Shown: one piece after another, positions 9,048 to 17,587 of the stretch
Position numbering within the stretch: position 1 is the first letter of the stretch
Layout of the letters: each line of letters opens with the position of its first letter
From: Pseudomonadota bacterium
GTDB lineage: Bacteria; Desulfobacterota; JADFVX01
DNA length: 46,076 bases
Direction: 5' to 3'
NCBI GenBank assembly: GCA_015222555.1
Contig: JADFVM010000320.1
Coordinates: forward strand, 1 to 46,076
Notes under the pieces: model-generated
The model's input: only the letters and a program-made list of their open reading frames with translations
What the model was told of the DNA's origin: nothing
Databases searched by the model: none
Program-made: the position numbers and the translations under genes

Positions 9048-10637
9048 TTGCTGCAATTAATGATGACCATGCCAGATAAACGCCTGTTGACTCCCCGTAC
9101 TTCTCTTTATCTGCTTTTTACTTTCTTTCTTATCCTAATATTCAACCAACTATTTTTAGGTGCTCCGCTTATTACGATCTTTGTCGTTTTTCTGTTGATT
9201 ATTCCCTTTTACCGGCTCTTTACAGAAGAATCAGGTCATGGAGCAGTTCTCACAATCGAAACAAACGGTGACGGACTTGAGCAAAAATACCAGGAGCTGG
9301 AAGCCTGTTTATCCCAAGGAAAACGCCTTGTCGCTGATTTTCAAGAGAAAGCTGCTTTAATGGTTTTAAGCGCAGAAGCCCAAGCAGATTCTCTCGGGAA
9401 GACGACAGCTTCGTTAGACGGAATCAACGAAACAATAGACAAAACTGTTAATAGGGTTGATGACCTTTTCTCTTTAACAGATAGGGCGTCTATTTCAACT
9501 CATGGTGTTGTTAACTCCATTAATGAAGTTAGTACTCATAATAAAAATATGCTTGAAGTGGTGGCTAAATCTTTGACAGATGTAAAAATTTTAAGCAACT
9601 CGGTTATGAAAATAAAAAACAATTTTACAGATTTAAGTGAAGCCTCTAAAAAAGGTGCTACGGCCATTCAGCAGGTCAACGTTTTTGCCAAGGAGATCGA
9701 AGAGAATGCACTTAAATCTCATGAAATGTCAGAGGATGTATCAAGAGAGTCTGAACTTGGTGTATCAGCGGTAATAAAGACAATTGAAAGTATGGATAAG
9801 ATTAAAAAAATTGTGTCGGAATCGTCATCAGTAATCAAAACTCTGGGTGAGAAATCAGGTGAGATTGGAAGTGTCATAGGCATTATAAATAATATAACAA
9901 AGAGAATTAATCTCCTTTCTCTTAATGCCTCCATTATTGCATCACAGGCGGGTGAACATGGAAAAGCTTTTGCTGTTGTCGCCGACGAAATGGAAAAACT
10001 GGCCAGTCAAACATCGTTATCTACCGTCGAAATCAGCGAATTAATTAAAATGACTCAGGAAATGGTAACCAATACGGTTCAGTCTAACGAAGTGGGCATG
10101 TGGGGTGTCGAAGAAGGTGTGACGCTGGCCAATCAGGCAGGAGATATCCTTAATAAAATTCAGGCCAGTGCAGGCGCTTCCCTGTCCATGTCAAAGATGA
10201 TCTTAATGTCAACTAAACATCAAAGTGAAATGGTTGAAAAGGTCTTTGAGGCTATCTTTGAAGAGGGAAGATATTTTGATACGGCAAGCAACTCCATTAA
10301 TGGACACATGGAAATTAGTGAGTCTGTTGAAAAATCCACGGAAGAGGTTGTTCATATTTCAAGCAGTGTAAGGAAAGATATTGACAGGCAGCTAATAGCT
10401 TCTGAGGATGTTTTAGAAGTGATTAAAACGGTGACGGATACTGTAAAAGATTTGGAAAAACTTACAAAGCAACAAATCATAGACGGTGAGCGGATCAAAC
10501 AGGCTACAGAGATGATGACCTTTATAACAAATGAAAATGTGACAAAAGATTTAACATTAGAAGTAGAAAGAATCAGAGCTGTGATCAACTCAATGGAGGA
10601 AATTGTTTTTCCTCAAGCTTCAACCACAGCGGGATAG
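9048..10637 (+). CDS. Methyl-accepting chemotaxis protein (two N-terminal TM segments, long helical cytoplasmic domain)
   Basis: Signalling hairpin tip LLSLNASIIASQAGEHGKAFAVVADEMEKLASQT. The hydrophobic N-terminus is LYLLFTFFLILIF...LITIFVVFLLII. The start is uncertain: TTG at 9048 or the ATGs at 9060-9069. Confidence 0.9.
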   Translation: MLQLMMTMPDKRLLTPRTSLYLLFTFFLILIFNQLFLGAPLITIFVVFLLIIPFYRLFTEESGHGAVLTIETNGDGLEQKYQELEACLSQGKRLVADFQEKAALMVLSAEAQADSLGKTTASLDGINETIDKTVNRVDDLFSLTDRASISTHGVVNSINEVSTHNKNMLEVVAKSLTDVKILSNSVMKIKNNFTDLSEASKKGATAIQQVNVFAKEIEENALKSHEMSEDVSRESELGVSAVIKTIESMDKIKKIVSESSSVIKTLGEKSGEIGSVIGIINNITKRINLLSLNASIIASQAGEHGKAFAVVADEMEKLASQTSLSTVEISELIKMTQEMVTNTVQSNEVGMWGVEEGVTLANQAGDILNKIQASAGASLSMSKMILMSTKHQSEMVEKVFEAIFEEGRYFDTASNSINGHMEISESVEKSTEEVVHISSSVRKDIDRQLIASEDVLEVIKTVTDTVKDLEKLTKQQIIDGERIKQATEMMTFITNENVTKDLTLEVERIRAVINSMEEIVFPQASTTAG

Positions 10638-10800
10638 AAGTCATTGAAAGTAAAGGAATTAATAGACACCTAAATCCTGCAAGTGTCGATTCAGTCCGTT
10701 CGAAAGAGACGCCGCTCGAACAATTAGCACCGCTATCCCAGATTTCCACTCGTGCCACACAAAAAATAATCGGGGACAGGTTGTTTTCTGCCTGTTATTC

Positions 10801-10995
10801 TCATGAGAGTCTGTTGAAGGACGCACATGTACCCCTGATCTTTAATTTCTTCTTACAACAGTGACACAGACAGGGACATCTGCTCCCAAGCCCTCCATAA
10901 CTTGTCAGTCCTTTTCCCGTCATTTTTACTTTTATTTTTGGCTGTTTTTTCTCTTTTCTCTGTGCTATTTTCTTCATGGAAAAGGTGAACCTCAT
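10801..10995 (-). mobile_element. Possible N-terminal remnant of a DDE transposase (IS1380/IS4-like leader); decayed and non-functional
   Basis: The 64-aa ORF reads KKIAQRKEKKQPKIKVKMTGKGLTSYGGLG. This resembles the basic leader plus LTSxGGL motif at the N-terminus of some DDE transposases. No transposase body follows and I saw no inverted repeats. The call rests on memory of the motif only. Confidence 0.2.
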
Positions 10996-11017
10996 TTTGG
11001 GTTGTATTTGCGTGTAA

Positions 11018-11362
11018 CCTGTTGGAGATGCTATCTTTTCCGACTTTTTACCGCAATCTGTTTCCTGCCACTTGCAGGATTTAGGTGACAGCGGTAATAG
11101 ACTGAAACCCTGCGCAAATATTACTATGAAATCTATTGCTGAAGGTTATGGTAGGAACAGTTTAGGCATTATATTGACAGGTATGGGCGACGATGGTACT
11201 CAAGGTGCTGAAGCGATGAAAAAGAGGGGGGCAATTATTTTTGCCCAGGACGAGGCTTCATCATGTATATTTGGTATACCTCGTTCAGTCATTGACGCGG
11301 GCTACGCCGATGCTGTTATCTGTCTCAATCAGATGGTGGACCGCATCCTTTCGCTTCAATAA
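11018..11362 (+). pseudogene. cheB: cheB 3' fragment (C-terminal about one third of the methylesterase catalytic domain)
   Basis: The frame reads KPCANITMKSIAEGYGRNSLGIILTGMGDDGTQGAEAMKKRGAIIFAQDEASSCIFGIPRSVIDAGYADAVICLNQM. This is colinear with the intact CheB in this window (APSVDKMFTSVAEIFEERAIGVILTGMGNDGKNGVKKIKRSKGYIIAESEETAIVYGMPREAVNAGAVDKILPLNDI). The REC domain and the GSSTGGP and HMP catalytic blocks are missing. Confidence 0.7.
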
Positions 11363-11390
11363 CTGTAAGTTTAGGTTCCAAACAAACCTT

Positions 11391-11419
11391 TTGACACTGC
11401 CTGCGAAATCAAATATCAT
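11391..11419 (+). promoter_or_regulatory. Candidate sigma-70 promoter (TTGACA-N17-TATCAT) ahead of the PP-loop genes and che operon
   Basis: Perfect -35, 17-nt spacer and a 5/6 match at -10, about 60 nt upstream of the ATG at 11479. Confidence 0.5.
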
Positions 11420-11478
11420 GGGCAGGTATGCTTGGGCAAATGGCCCTATTTTTTATTAATTTAGATAAAGGTTAACTG

Positions 11479-12498
11479 ATGAACAAAAAAGCTATAGCAC
11501 TAATGTCGGGCGGCCTGGATAGTACGGTCGCCGTCAAGCTGATAGTCGAACAGGGTATAGATGTTGTTGCGCTTAATTTTAAAAGCCCTTTTTGTCTTTG
11601 TGATGGAAGCAAGAGTGAAGGTTGTAAAAGTCACGCCGTGGCGGCGGCAGAGCAGTTTGATATTGAGATCAAAACACTCCACAAAGGACTGGACTATCTC
11701 GACATAATTAAGACGCCAAAATACGGCTATGGAAGCGCCATTAATCCCTGCGTTGATTGCAGGATATTCACCTTTAAAAGCGCTAAGAAATATATGGAAG
11801 AGACGGGGGCATCCTTTATTATTACAGGTGAAGTTTTAGGACAACGTCCCATGTCCCAGAGGCGTGATCCCATGTTTCTTATTGAAAGGGAAAGTGGTCT
11901 TGAAGGCCTGATTTTAAGGCCCCTTTCGGCGAAACTTCTTCCCCCGACGCTTCCGGAAATAGAGGGCATAGTTGACCGTGAAAAACTTCTCTCCATACAG
12001 GGCAGGTCGAGAAAGGAGCAGATAAAAGTAGCAGATGACTATAAGATAGAAGATTATCCCTGTGCTTCTGGTGGATGTCTCCTTACGGATAAAAATTTTG
12101 GGAAACGTATGAGTGACGCATTTAATCATAAAGAAAACCTTGGCTGGAGTGATGTCAAGCTTCTTACCATGGGTCGACATTTTCGCTTGAATGAGACGGT
12201 GAAGGCTGTTGTGGGAAGGAATGAAGATGAAAATAGACGGATTGCAGCTCTTGGGAAAAAGGGTGTAGTCCTGACACCAAACAATTTTTCCGGACCTACG
12301 GTATATGTAGAGGAAGAAAGGAATGGAATCCTGGATGATGATCTTACAGATATGGCAGGGGCTTTAATCTTAAGATTCAGTAAACTTGCAGACGATGAAG
12401 AGCCAAAGATTGATTATTCTTCAGAGGAGAAAAAGGGTGCTTTCATCGCCAGGAAAGTGCTTTCCAGTGATGAAGTTGACAGAATGTGGCTCAGATAA
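11479..12498 (+). CDS. PP-loop ATP pyrophosphatase, ThiI/MnmA-like tRNA sulfurtransferase family (no THUMP domain)
   Basis: SGGLDS PP-loop. INPCVDCRIFTFKSAKKYMEETGASFIITGEVLGQRPMSQ resembles the ThiI adenylation-domain block. Extra Cys clusters are present (FCLCDGSKSEGC and YPCASGGC). Confidence 0.7.
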   Translation: MNKKAIALMSGGLDSTVAVKLIVEQGIDVVALNFKSPFCLCDGSKSEGCKSHAVAAAEQFDIEIKTLHKGLDYLDIIKTPKYGYGSAINPCVDCRIFTFKSAKKYMEETGASFIITGEVLGQRPMSQRRDPMFLIERESGLEGLILRPLSAKLLPPTLPEIEGIVDREKLLSIQGRSRKEQIKVADDYKIEDYPCASGGCLLTDKNFGKRMSDAFNHKENLGWSDVKLLTMGRHFRLNETVKAVVGRNEDENRRIAALGKKGVVLTPNNFSGPTVYVEEERNGILDDDLTDMAGALILRFSKLADDEEPKIDYSSEEKKGAFIARKVLSSDEVDRMWLR

Positions 12499-12499
12499 T

Positions 12500-13348
12500 A
12501 TGGATAATCTTGAAAACAAGCATGAAAAACTGAATGACATTGTAAGAGAAATGGATTCTCTCATGGTGGCTTTCTCAGGTGGTGTTGACAGCACCTTTTT
12601 ACTTAAGGTTGCCTTTGATGTCCTGGGAGAGAAAGCGCTCGGCGTGACAGCCACGGCACCAACCTATCCGAAGTTTGAGCTTGATGAGGCTCTGAATCTT
12701 GCGCGAAGCATAGGATGCCGGCACATTCTAATGAAATCTAATGAACTGGAAGTTCCTGGTTTTTCCGATAATAGCCCCCGAAGGTGCTATTTTTGCAAGA
12801 GTGAACTCTTCGGCATTCTCATAAACAAGAGTAAAGAGTTGGGAGTAAAGCATGTGGCAGACGGTAGTAATTGCGATGATCTTGCCGATTACAGGCCGGG
12901 AAGAGAGGCCGCGAAAGAACTCGGTGTTAGAAGCCCTCTTGTGGAGGCCGGGATGTCCAAGGAGGACATTCGCCAATTAAGTAGAAAACTCAGACTTCCT
13001 ACCTGGGATAAACCTGCCTTTGCCTGTCTGTCATCCAGGTTTCCCTATGGCACCAAAATCACTGAAGACAGGGTTAAAAGGGTGGAGGTTTGTGAGGCGG
13101 TTCTTAGAACGCTATCCTTCACTCAATTCAGAGTAAGGTACCATGATGAAATTGCCAGAATTGAGGTGGGGGAGGCTGACTTTGAGAAAATTCTTTCAAC
13201 GGATGTGAAGAACTTAATTGTTAATGAATTTAAAAAACAGGGTTTTAAATATATTTCACTGGATATTGAGGGTTATAGGGCTGGAAGTATGAATGAGGTT
13301 GTAACTACTACAACTATTAATGCAGATAGAGATGAACCTGTCAAATGA
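12500..13348 (+). CDS. larE: LarE-like ATP-dependent sulfur transferase (TIGR00268-type PP-loop enzyme)
   Basis: MDNLENKHEKLNDIVREMDSLMVAFSGGVDSTFLL carries the PP-loop. RRCYFCKSELF and FACLSSRFPYG supply a Cys triad. I chose the ATG at 12500, 1 nt after the upstream stop, over the TTG at 12386 in the ORF track, which would overlap the upstream gene by 113 nt. Confidence 0.8.
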   Translation: MDNLENKHEKLNDIVREMDSLMVAFSGGVDSTFLLKVAFDVLGEKALGVTATAPTYPKFELDEALNLARSIGCRHILMKSNELEVPGFSDNSPRRCYFCKSELFGILINKSKELGVKHVADGSNCDDLADYRPGREAAKELGVRSPLVEAGMSKEDIRQLSRKLRLPTWDKPAFACLSSRFPYGTKITEDRVKRVEVCEAVLRTLSFTQFRVRYHDEIARIEVGEADFEKILSTDVKNLIVNEFKKQGFKYISLDIEGYRAGSMNEVVTTTTINADRDEPVK

Positions 13349-15123
13349 GTTTGGTTGGCAACCTAGAAGATCTTGGCCTTGGGGATATTCTCCAGATTGT
13401 CAGTCTGAGCAGAAAATCAGGCATCCTTTTTATCAGTGGCGATGATAATGAAGGTAAAATCATTTTTAAGAATGGTCAGGTTATCAGATGCACGGCGACT
13501 GATGTTTTTGAAGACCTGAAGGAGGCGATTTCTTCGTTAGCACTGATTAGCTCTGAACAGCTTGATGAGGCAATGGCCTTGTTTGAAGATAAAAGCTCTG
13601 CTGAGACAATGGATTCAATCCTCACGAAACACTTCGGTGTTTCTCCCGATGACGTTGAGGCATTGAAAAAGGAGAGCATAGAGAAAGCTGCATATTCACT
13701 CTTTTCCTGGCGATCTGGCACCTTTAATTTTGAATTAAAGGATGTTGATAATATTCTGGATTGCAGGAATGATTTTTTCATTTATGAGCACGGAATTAAT
13801 CCTCAGTTCCTTGCAATGGAAGGAACACGCTTGCAAGATGAAATGCAGCGTGATAAAGATGAAAAGAAAGGATTGTCTAAAGAAGCTCCCCTTCAGAAGA
13901 CTCTGGAAAGGGAAGATGAACCTGAGCAACTAGAAGAAGAAAAGTCTATTGCCGAAAAGGTTGAAGAGGTGCCTGTTCCTGAAAGAGCGCCCTTTCCCGT
14001 TGAAGAAAAGAAAAATAAGGAAGCTCAGCCGCTTTCGGCAGCCGTCGATGAAGCGATAGTCATCATTGACGATGACAAAAGCACCCTTGAGAAGATAGAA
14101 AATAGCTTATCTTCCAGGCATTTTAATGTTTTTGTTGAAGAGAAGTCGGAAAATGCCTTACACACCATTAGTCGTCTTGACAATTCAGGGGCGAATATAG
14201 TTGTTGTTTCCGATCTCATTATGCCTCGAATGGATGGTACGGGAATTCTTGGGGGGATTGAGATCCTTGAAGTGTTAAAGGGAGGCTTCCCTAATATACC
14301 GGTTGTTCTTATGAGTGACCATGTCAATAAAGAGGCAGAGACAAGAGCTCACGAGATGGGGGTGAGTTTATACATAGACAAACCGAAAAGATCTGACTTT
14401 GGCGATGCGGCGGAAGAAGAAAAGGTCAGCTTGTTTTTACAAAAGCTGGAAAATGCATTAAGACCATTAATCCTGGGTGAAGAGAGTGTCAGCATTGAAG
14501 ATATCTCAGGAATGATTAACCTTGCCGATGGCCTGGAAGAAGAGTTTGAGGCGGTGGGAAGCATATTGCCGCAAGACAGTGATGACCTTCCCCCGCCATC
14601 GACACCTGGCTTATCAATGTTGAAAACAATGGTTGAGGAGCTTAATAGCCCCGAAGGAAGGAAACAAATCTCTCTTCTAGCATTGCGGTTTGCTTCAGAA
14701 CTAATGAACAGGGCCGTGTTATTCCTTGTTAGAAGTGATAATTTTGAGGGCCTGGGACAGTTTGGTGTAGAAATAGAAAATGACGTCGCTGACAAGAGAA
14801 TCAGGACGATGAAACTTTCAAAAAATGCCCCTTCTATACTGAAAGATGTCCTGGAGTCAGGAGTTAGCATAAAGAAAAAAATGGAAGATACAGAAGGAAA
14901 CAGGTATATTGTGGATCAATTAGGCGGAAAATTTCCCAAAGAATCATATGTAGGTCCAATCATAACGGAAGGAAAAGTTTCAGTCATTGTCTATTGTGAT
15001 AATGTGCCGGAATTTAAAGATATTGGTGATACCTCAGCTTTTGAAATTTTTCTTATACAGGTTGGTGTTGCAATGGAGAGAGGGCTGCTGGAACGAAAAA
15101 TGAGGGAAATTTCAAAAAACTAG
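13345..15123 (+). CDS. DUF4388/PATAN, receiver, GAF-like three-domain response regulator
   Basis: N-terminus LVGNLEDLGLGDILQIVSLSRKSGILFISGDDNEGKIIFKNGQVIRC is the DUF4388 signature. The REC has canonical residues (IIDDD, VVSDLIMPRMDG, LMSD, YIDKP). The C-terminal ~170 aa are GAF-like (RAVLFLVRSDNFEGLGQFG...VIVYCDN). The start overlaps the larE-like stop (ATGA). Confidence 0.8.
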   Translation: MSLVGNLEDLGLGDILQIVSLSRKSGILFISGDDNEGKIIFKNGQVIRCTATDVFEDLKEAISSLALISSEQLDEAMALFEDKSSAETMDSILTKHFGVSPDDVEALKKESIEKAAYSLFSWRSGTFNFELKDVDNILDCRNDFFIYEHGINPQFLAMEGTRLQDEMQRDKDEKKGLSKEAPLQKTLEREDEPEQLEEEKSIAEKVEEVPVPERAPFPVEEKKNKEAQPLSAAVDEAIVIIDDDKSTLEKIENSLSSRHFNVFVEEKSENALHTISRLDNSGANIVVVSDLIMPRMDGTGILGGIEILEVLKGGFPNIPVVLMSDHVNKEAETRAHEMGVSLYIDKPKRSDFGDAAEEEKVSLFLQKLENALRPLILGEESVSIEDISGMINLADGLEEEFEAVGSILPQDSDDLPPPSTPGLSMLKTMVEELNSPEGRKQISLLALRFASELMNRAVLFLVRSDNFEGLGQFGVEIENDVADKRIRTMKLSKNAPSILKDVLESGVSIKKKMEDTEGNRYIVDQLGGKFPKESYVGPIITEGKVSVIVYCDNVPEFKDIGDTSAFEIFLIQVGVAMERGLLERKMREISKN

Positions 15124-15149
15124 AAATATAGTTTTTTAAGGAGGGTTTA

Positions 15150-15521
15150 ATGTCAAAGAATATCCTGATAGTGGAAGATTCCTCCACCATGCGTTCATTA
15201 ATTGTGTCAACACTGGAGCTCCTTGAAGATATTGATATAACAGAATCACCCAGCGGTTTTGAGGCACTCAAAATCCTGCCGCTCAAGAAATTTGACTTGA
15301 TCCTTACCGATATAAACATGCCGGATATTAATGGCCTTGAACTTGTCAGCTTTGTAAAGAATAATCAGGCCTACAAATCAGTTCCCTTAATTATAATTTC
15401 TACAGAAGGTAGCGACAAAGACGTAGAGAGAGGCATGGCTCTGGGTGCTGATGAATACATTAAAAAACCTTTCAAACCGGAAGAACTTCAATCACTTGTA
15501 ACAAAGTATCTTGAAAAATAA
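15150..15521 (+). CDS. cheY: CheY-like single-domain response regulator
   Basis: 123 aa with VEDS, LILTDINMPDINGLE, IIISTEG and YIKKPF. An AAGGAGG RBS lies upstream. Confidence 0.9.
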   Translation: MSKNILIVEDSSTMRSLIVSTLELLEDIDITESPSGFEALKILPLKKFDLILTDINMPDINGLELVSFVKNNQAYKSVPLIIISTEGSDKDVERGMALGADEYIKKPFKPEELQSLVTKYLEK

Positions 15522-15523
15522 GC

Positions 15524-17581
15524 ATGAGCGAAGATAAAGATAAAAATACCCCCTCTGTTATCCCGGCAGAATTTACTTCTGAAGCCGAGGAGATAATCGG
15601 GCAGCTTGGGAGGGACCTGCTTGCTCTCAGTTCGAACAAGGAGGAAGTGGATCCATCTATTCTGAACAGTATTTTCAGGTCAGCTCATACCCTGAAAGGG
15701 CTTTCGGGGATGTTCAGCCTTAACAGGCTCACTGAAGTTAGCCATAATATGGAGAACCTTCTTGATGCCTTACGACTCGGTAAAGTAAGACTCTCTGATG
15801 GACTCGTTGACCTTTTGTTCGAAAGCCTTGACATTATCACCCTTTTGGTCAAAGAAGGCGGCCATGTGAAGGATGACAGCCAGATAATAAAGCTCATGGA
15901 AGACCTTGAAAAGGCCCTTACAGAAGATGGTCAGACATCACAGGAGTCAATTCTCGATTCTCTGAACATAAAAGAAAGTATTCTTGCTGTCCTGACTGAA
16001 TATGAGGAACACCGTCTCCTGGAGGGAATCAGGGCCAATAAAAATATATACGTAATTAATACAACCTTCAGCCTCACCGATTTCGACAAGGGATTAAGCG
16101 ATATAAACGGCACAATCAAGGACTTTGGAGAGGTTATTTCAACGCTTCCCAGTTCTGAGGGAGGGAAAGAGGGAGAAATAGCTTTTGACCTTCTCGTAAG
16201 CTCAACAAAGAGTCTGGACTTCGTCGAGGACGGCCTTTGTGACAGCGGTGCCACCCTAACAATGGTGTCAGGTGGTGAGGATAGAGAAACAATAGCCACG
16301 GAAAGGGTTGAAAAAGATATCCCGCAGGAGAGAGAAAAGCCGAAGGAGAAAGTGGAACTGTCAAAGGAGGAGGAGCCAGCAATCACCTCCATGAAAAGTG
16401 CAAGCCAGACAGTTAGAGTGGACATCTCCAAACTTGACAAGCTTATGAATACTGTAGGAGAACTTTTAATCGCAAAAAGTGTAATTGCTCATATTTCAGA
16501 AGAAGTGAAGTCTACGTCTGTAAACCCTGTTTTGGCAAGTGCCCTTCACAAGGGGAGCAGAGATCTTGGAAGAAAACTGGTTTCTCTGCAGGAGGGCTTA
16601 ATGGAAATCCGCATGGTTTCCCTTGAAAACCTCTTTGATAGATTGGCTGTTACGGTGAGGAAAATAGCAAAGGCACATGCCAAAGAAGTCGATTTAAAGA
16701 TATCCGGCGCCGAGACGAAGCTTGATAAATTAATTATTGAGGAAATTGGTGATCCTCTTATGCATCTCATCAGGAATGCCATTGATCATGGCATTGAGCC
16801 ACTTGTATTGAGAAAAGAGCTTGGCAAGCCGGAAAAAGGGAGCATAAAGTTAAGTGCAAATCAGAGGGGAAATAATGTCACTGTTGAGATTGCCGATGAC
16901 GGCGCTGGAATAGATAAAGAAAACATCTTGAGGAAGGCACGTCAGAAAGGTTTGGTTTCCGAGGACCGCGAACTCGATGATGATGAGATTATGGACCTTA
17001 TTTTTATGCCTGGATTTAGCACAAGTGCGGAAATCAGTGAAATATCAGGCCGTGGCGTTGGTATGGATGTTGTGAAAAATAACCTAACCAAAATTAGTGG
17101 TCACATCGATATTGACAGTGAAAAAGGAAAGGGCTCAAAGATAACTATAAGCCTTCCCATTACCTTAGCTATTTTACAGGCTGTCATTGTAGAAACATCT
17201 TCAAGGATTTATGCTATTCCGCTCCACTCGGTTCAGGAGAGTTTATTAATTGTGGCCGATGACGTAGAAACGGTGGAAAAAAGAGAAGTCCTGAAGTACA
17301 GATCCATCACTCTTCCACTGGTACGATTGGAGGACGTTTTTGGACTTTCCAGATCTGATGCAAATTCAAAAGAGCTGTATGTTGTTGTTATTGCCATTGC
17401 ACAACATAAATTTGGAATCGTTGTTGATGCTGTTATTGGTGAACAGGATATTGTTATAAAATCAATTGGAGAAATCTTTAGCAATATAAAAGGTGTTGCA
17501 GGGGCAACCGACCTGGGCAACAATGAGATTATTCTTGTCTTGGATGTAGCCTCTATTATTGAAGAAATATCTGGAGGATAA
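15524..17581 (+). CDS. cheA: Chemotaxis histidine kinase CheA
   Basis: Hpt motif SAHTLKGLSGMF, N-box HLIRNAIDHG, G1 DDGAGID, F-box PGFSTS, G2 GRGVGMDVV and a C-terminal CheW-like domain. Confidence 0.95.
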   Translation: MSEDKDKNTPSVIPAEFTSEAEEIIGQLGRDLLALSSNKEEVDPSILNSIFRSAHTLKGLSGMFSLNRLTEVSHNMENLLDALRLGKVRLSDGLVDLLFESLDIITLLVKEGGHVKDDSQIIKLMEDLEKALTEDGQTSQESILDSLNIKESILAVLTEYEEHRLLEGIRANKNIYVINTTFSLTDFDKGLSDINGTIKDFGEVISTLPSSEGGKEGEIAFDLLVSSTKSLDFVEDGLCDSGATLTMVSGGEDRETIATERVEKDIPQEREKPKEKVELSKEEEPAITSMKSASQTVRVDISKLDKLMNTVGELLIAKSVIAHISEEVKSTSVNPVLASALHKGSRDLGRKLVSLQEGLMEIRMVSLENLFDRLAVTVRKIAKAHAKEVDLKISGAETKLDKLIIEEIGDPLMHLIRNAIDHGIEPLVLRKELGKPEKGSIKLSANQRGNNVTVEIADDGAGIDKENILRKARQKGLVSEDRELDDDEIMDLIFMPGFSTSAEISEISGRGVGMDVVKNNLTKISGHIDIDSEKGKGSKITISLPITLAILQAVIVETSSRIYAIPLHSVQESLLIVADDVETVEKREVLKYRSITLPLVRLEDVFGLSRSDANSKELYVVVIAIAQHKFGIVVDAVIGEQDIVIKSIGEIFSNIKGVAGATDLGNNEIILVLDVASIIEEISGG

Positions 17582-17587
17582 CGAGAT

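Noticed and set aside
10861-11088. 75-aa plus-strand ORF in the T-rich stretch upstream of the cheB remnant.
   Set aside because: It is a low-complexity F/L/Y-rich product that mirrors the K-rich transposase-like leader on the other strand. It has no RBS and no homology that I can see.
12386-12499. ORF-track extension of the LarE-like gene to a TTG at 12386.
   Set aside because: It would overlap the upstream PP-loop gene by 113 nt. The ATG at 12500 lies 1 nt after that gene's stop, and the homologous region starts there (MDNLENK...SGGVDS).
14349-14870. Long antisense ORFs inside confirmed genes: 173 aa at 14349-14870, 169 aa at 15931-16440, 142 aa at 20804-21232, 134 aa at 4000-4404 and 131 aa at 5084-5479.
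   Set aside because: They lie opposite strongly supported CDSs (DUF4388-REC, cheA, mcp, sdhA, sdhB). They are Ser/Leu-rich low-complexity shadows typical of the reverse frame of E/K/D-rich genes, and they lack RBSs and recognisable motifs.
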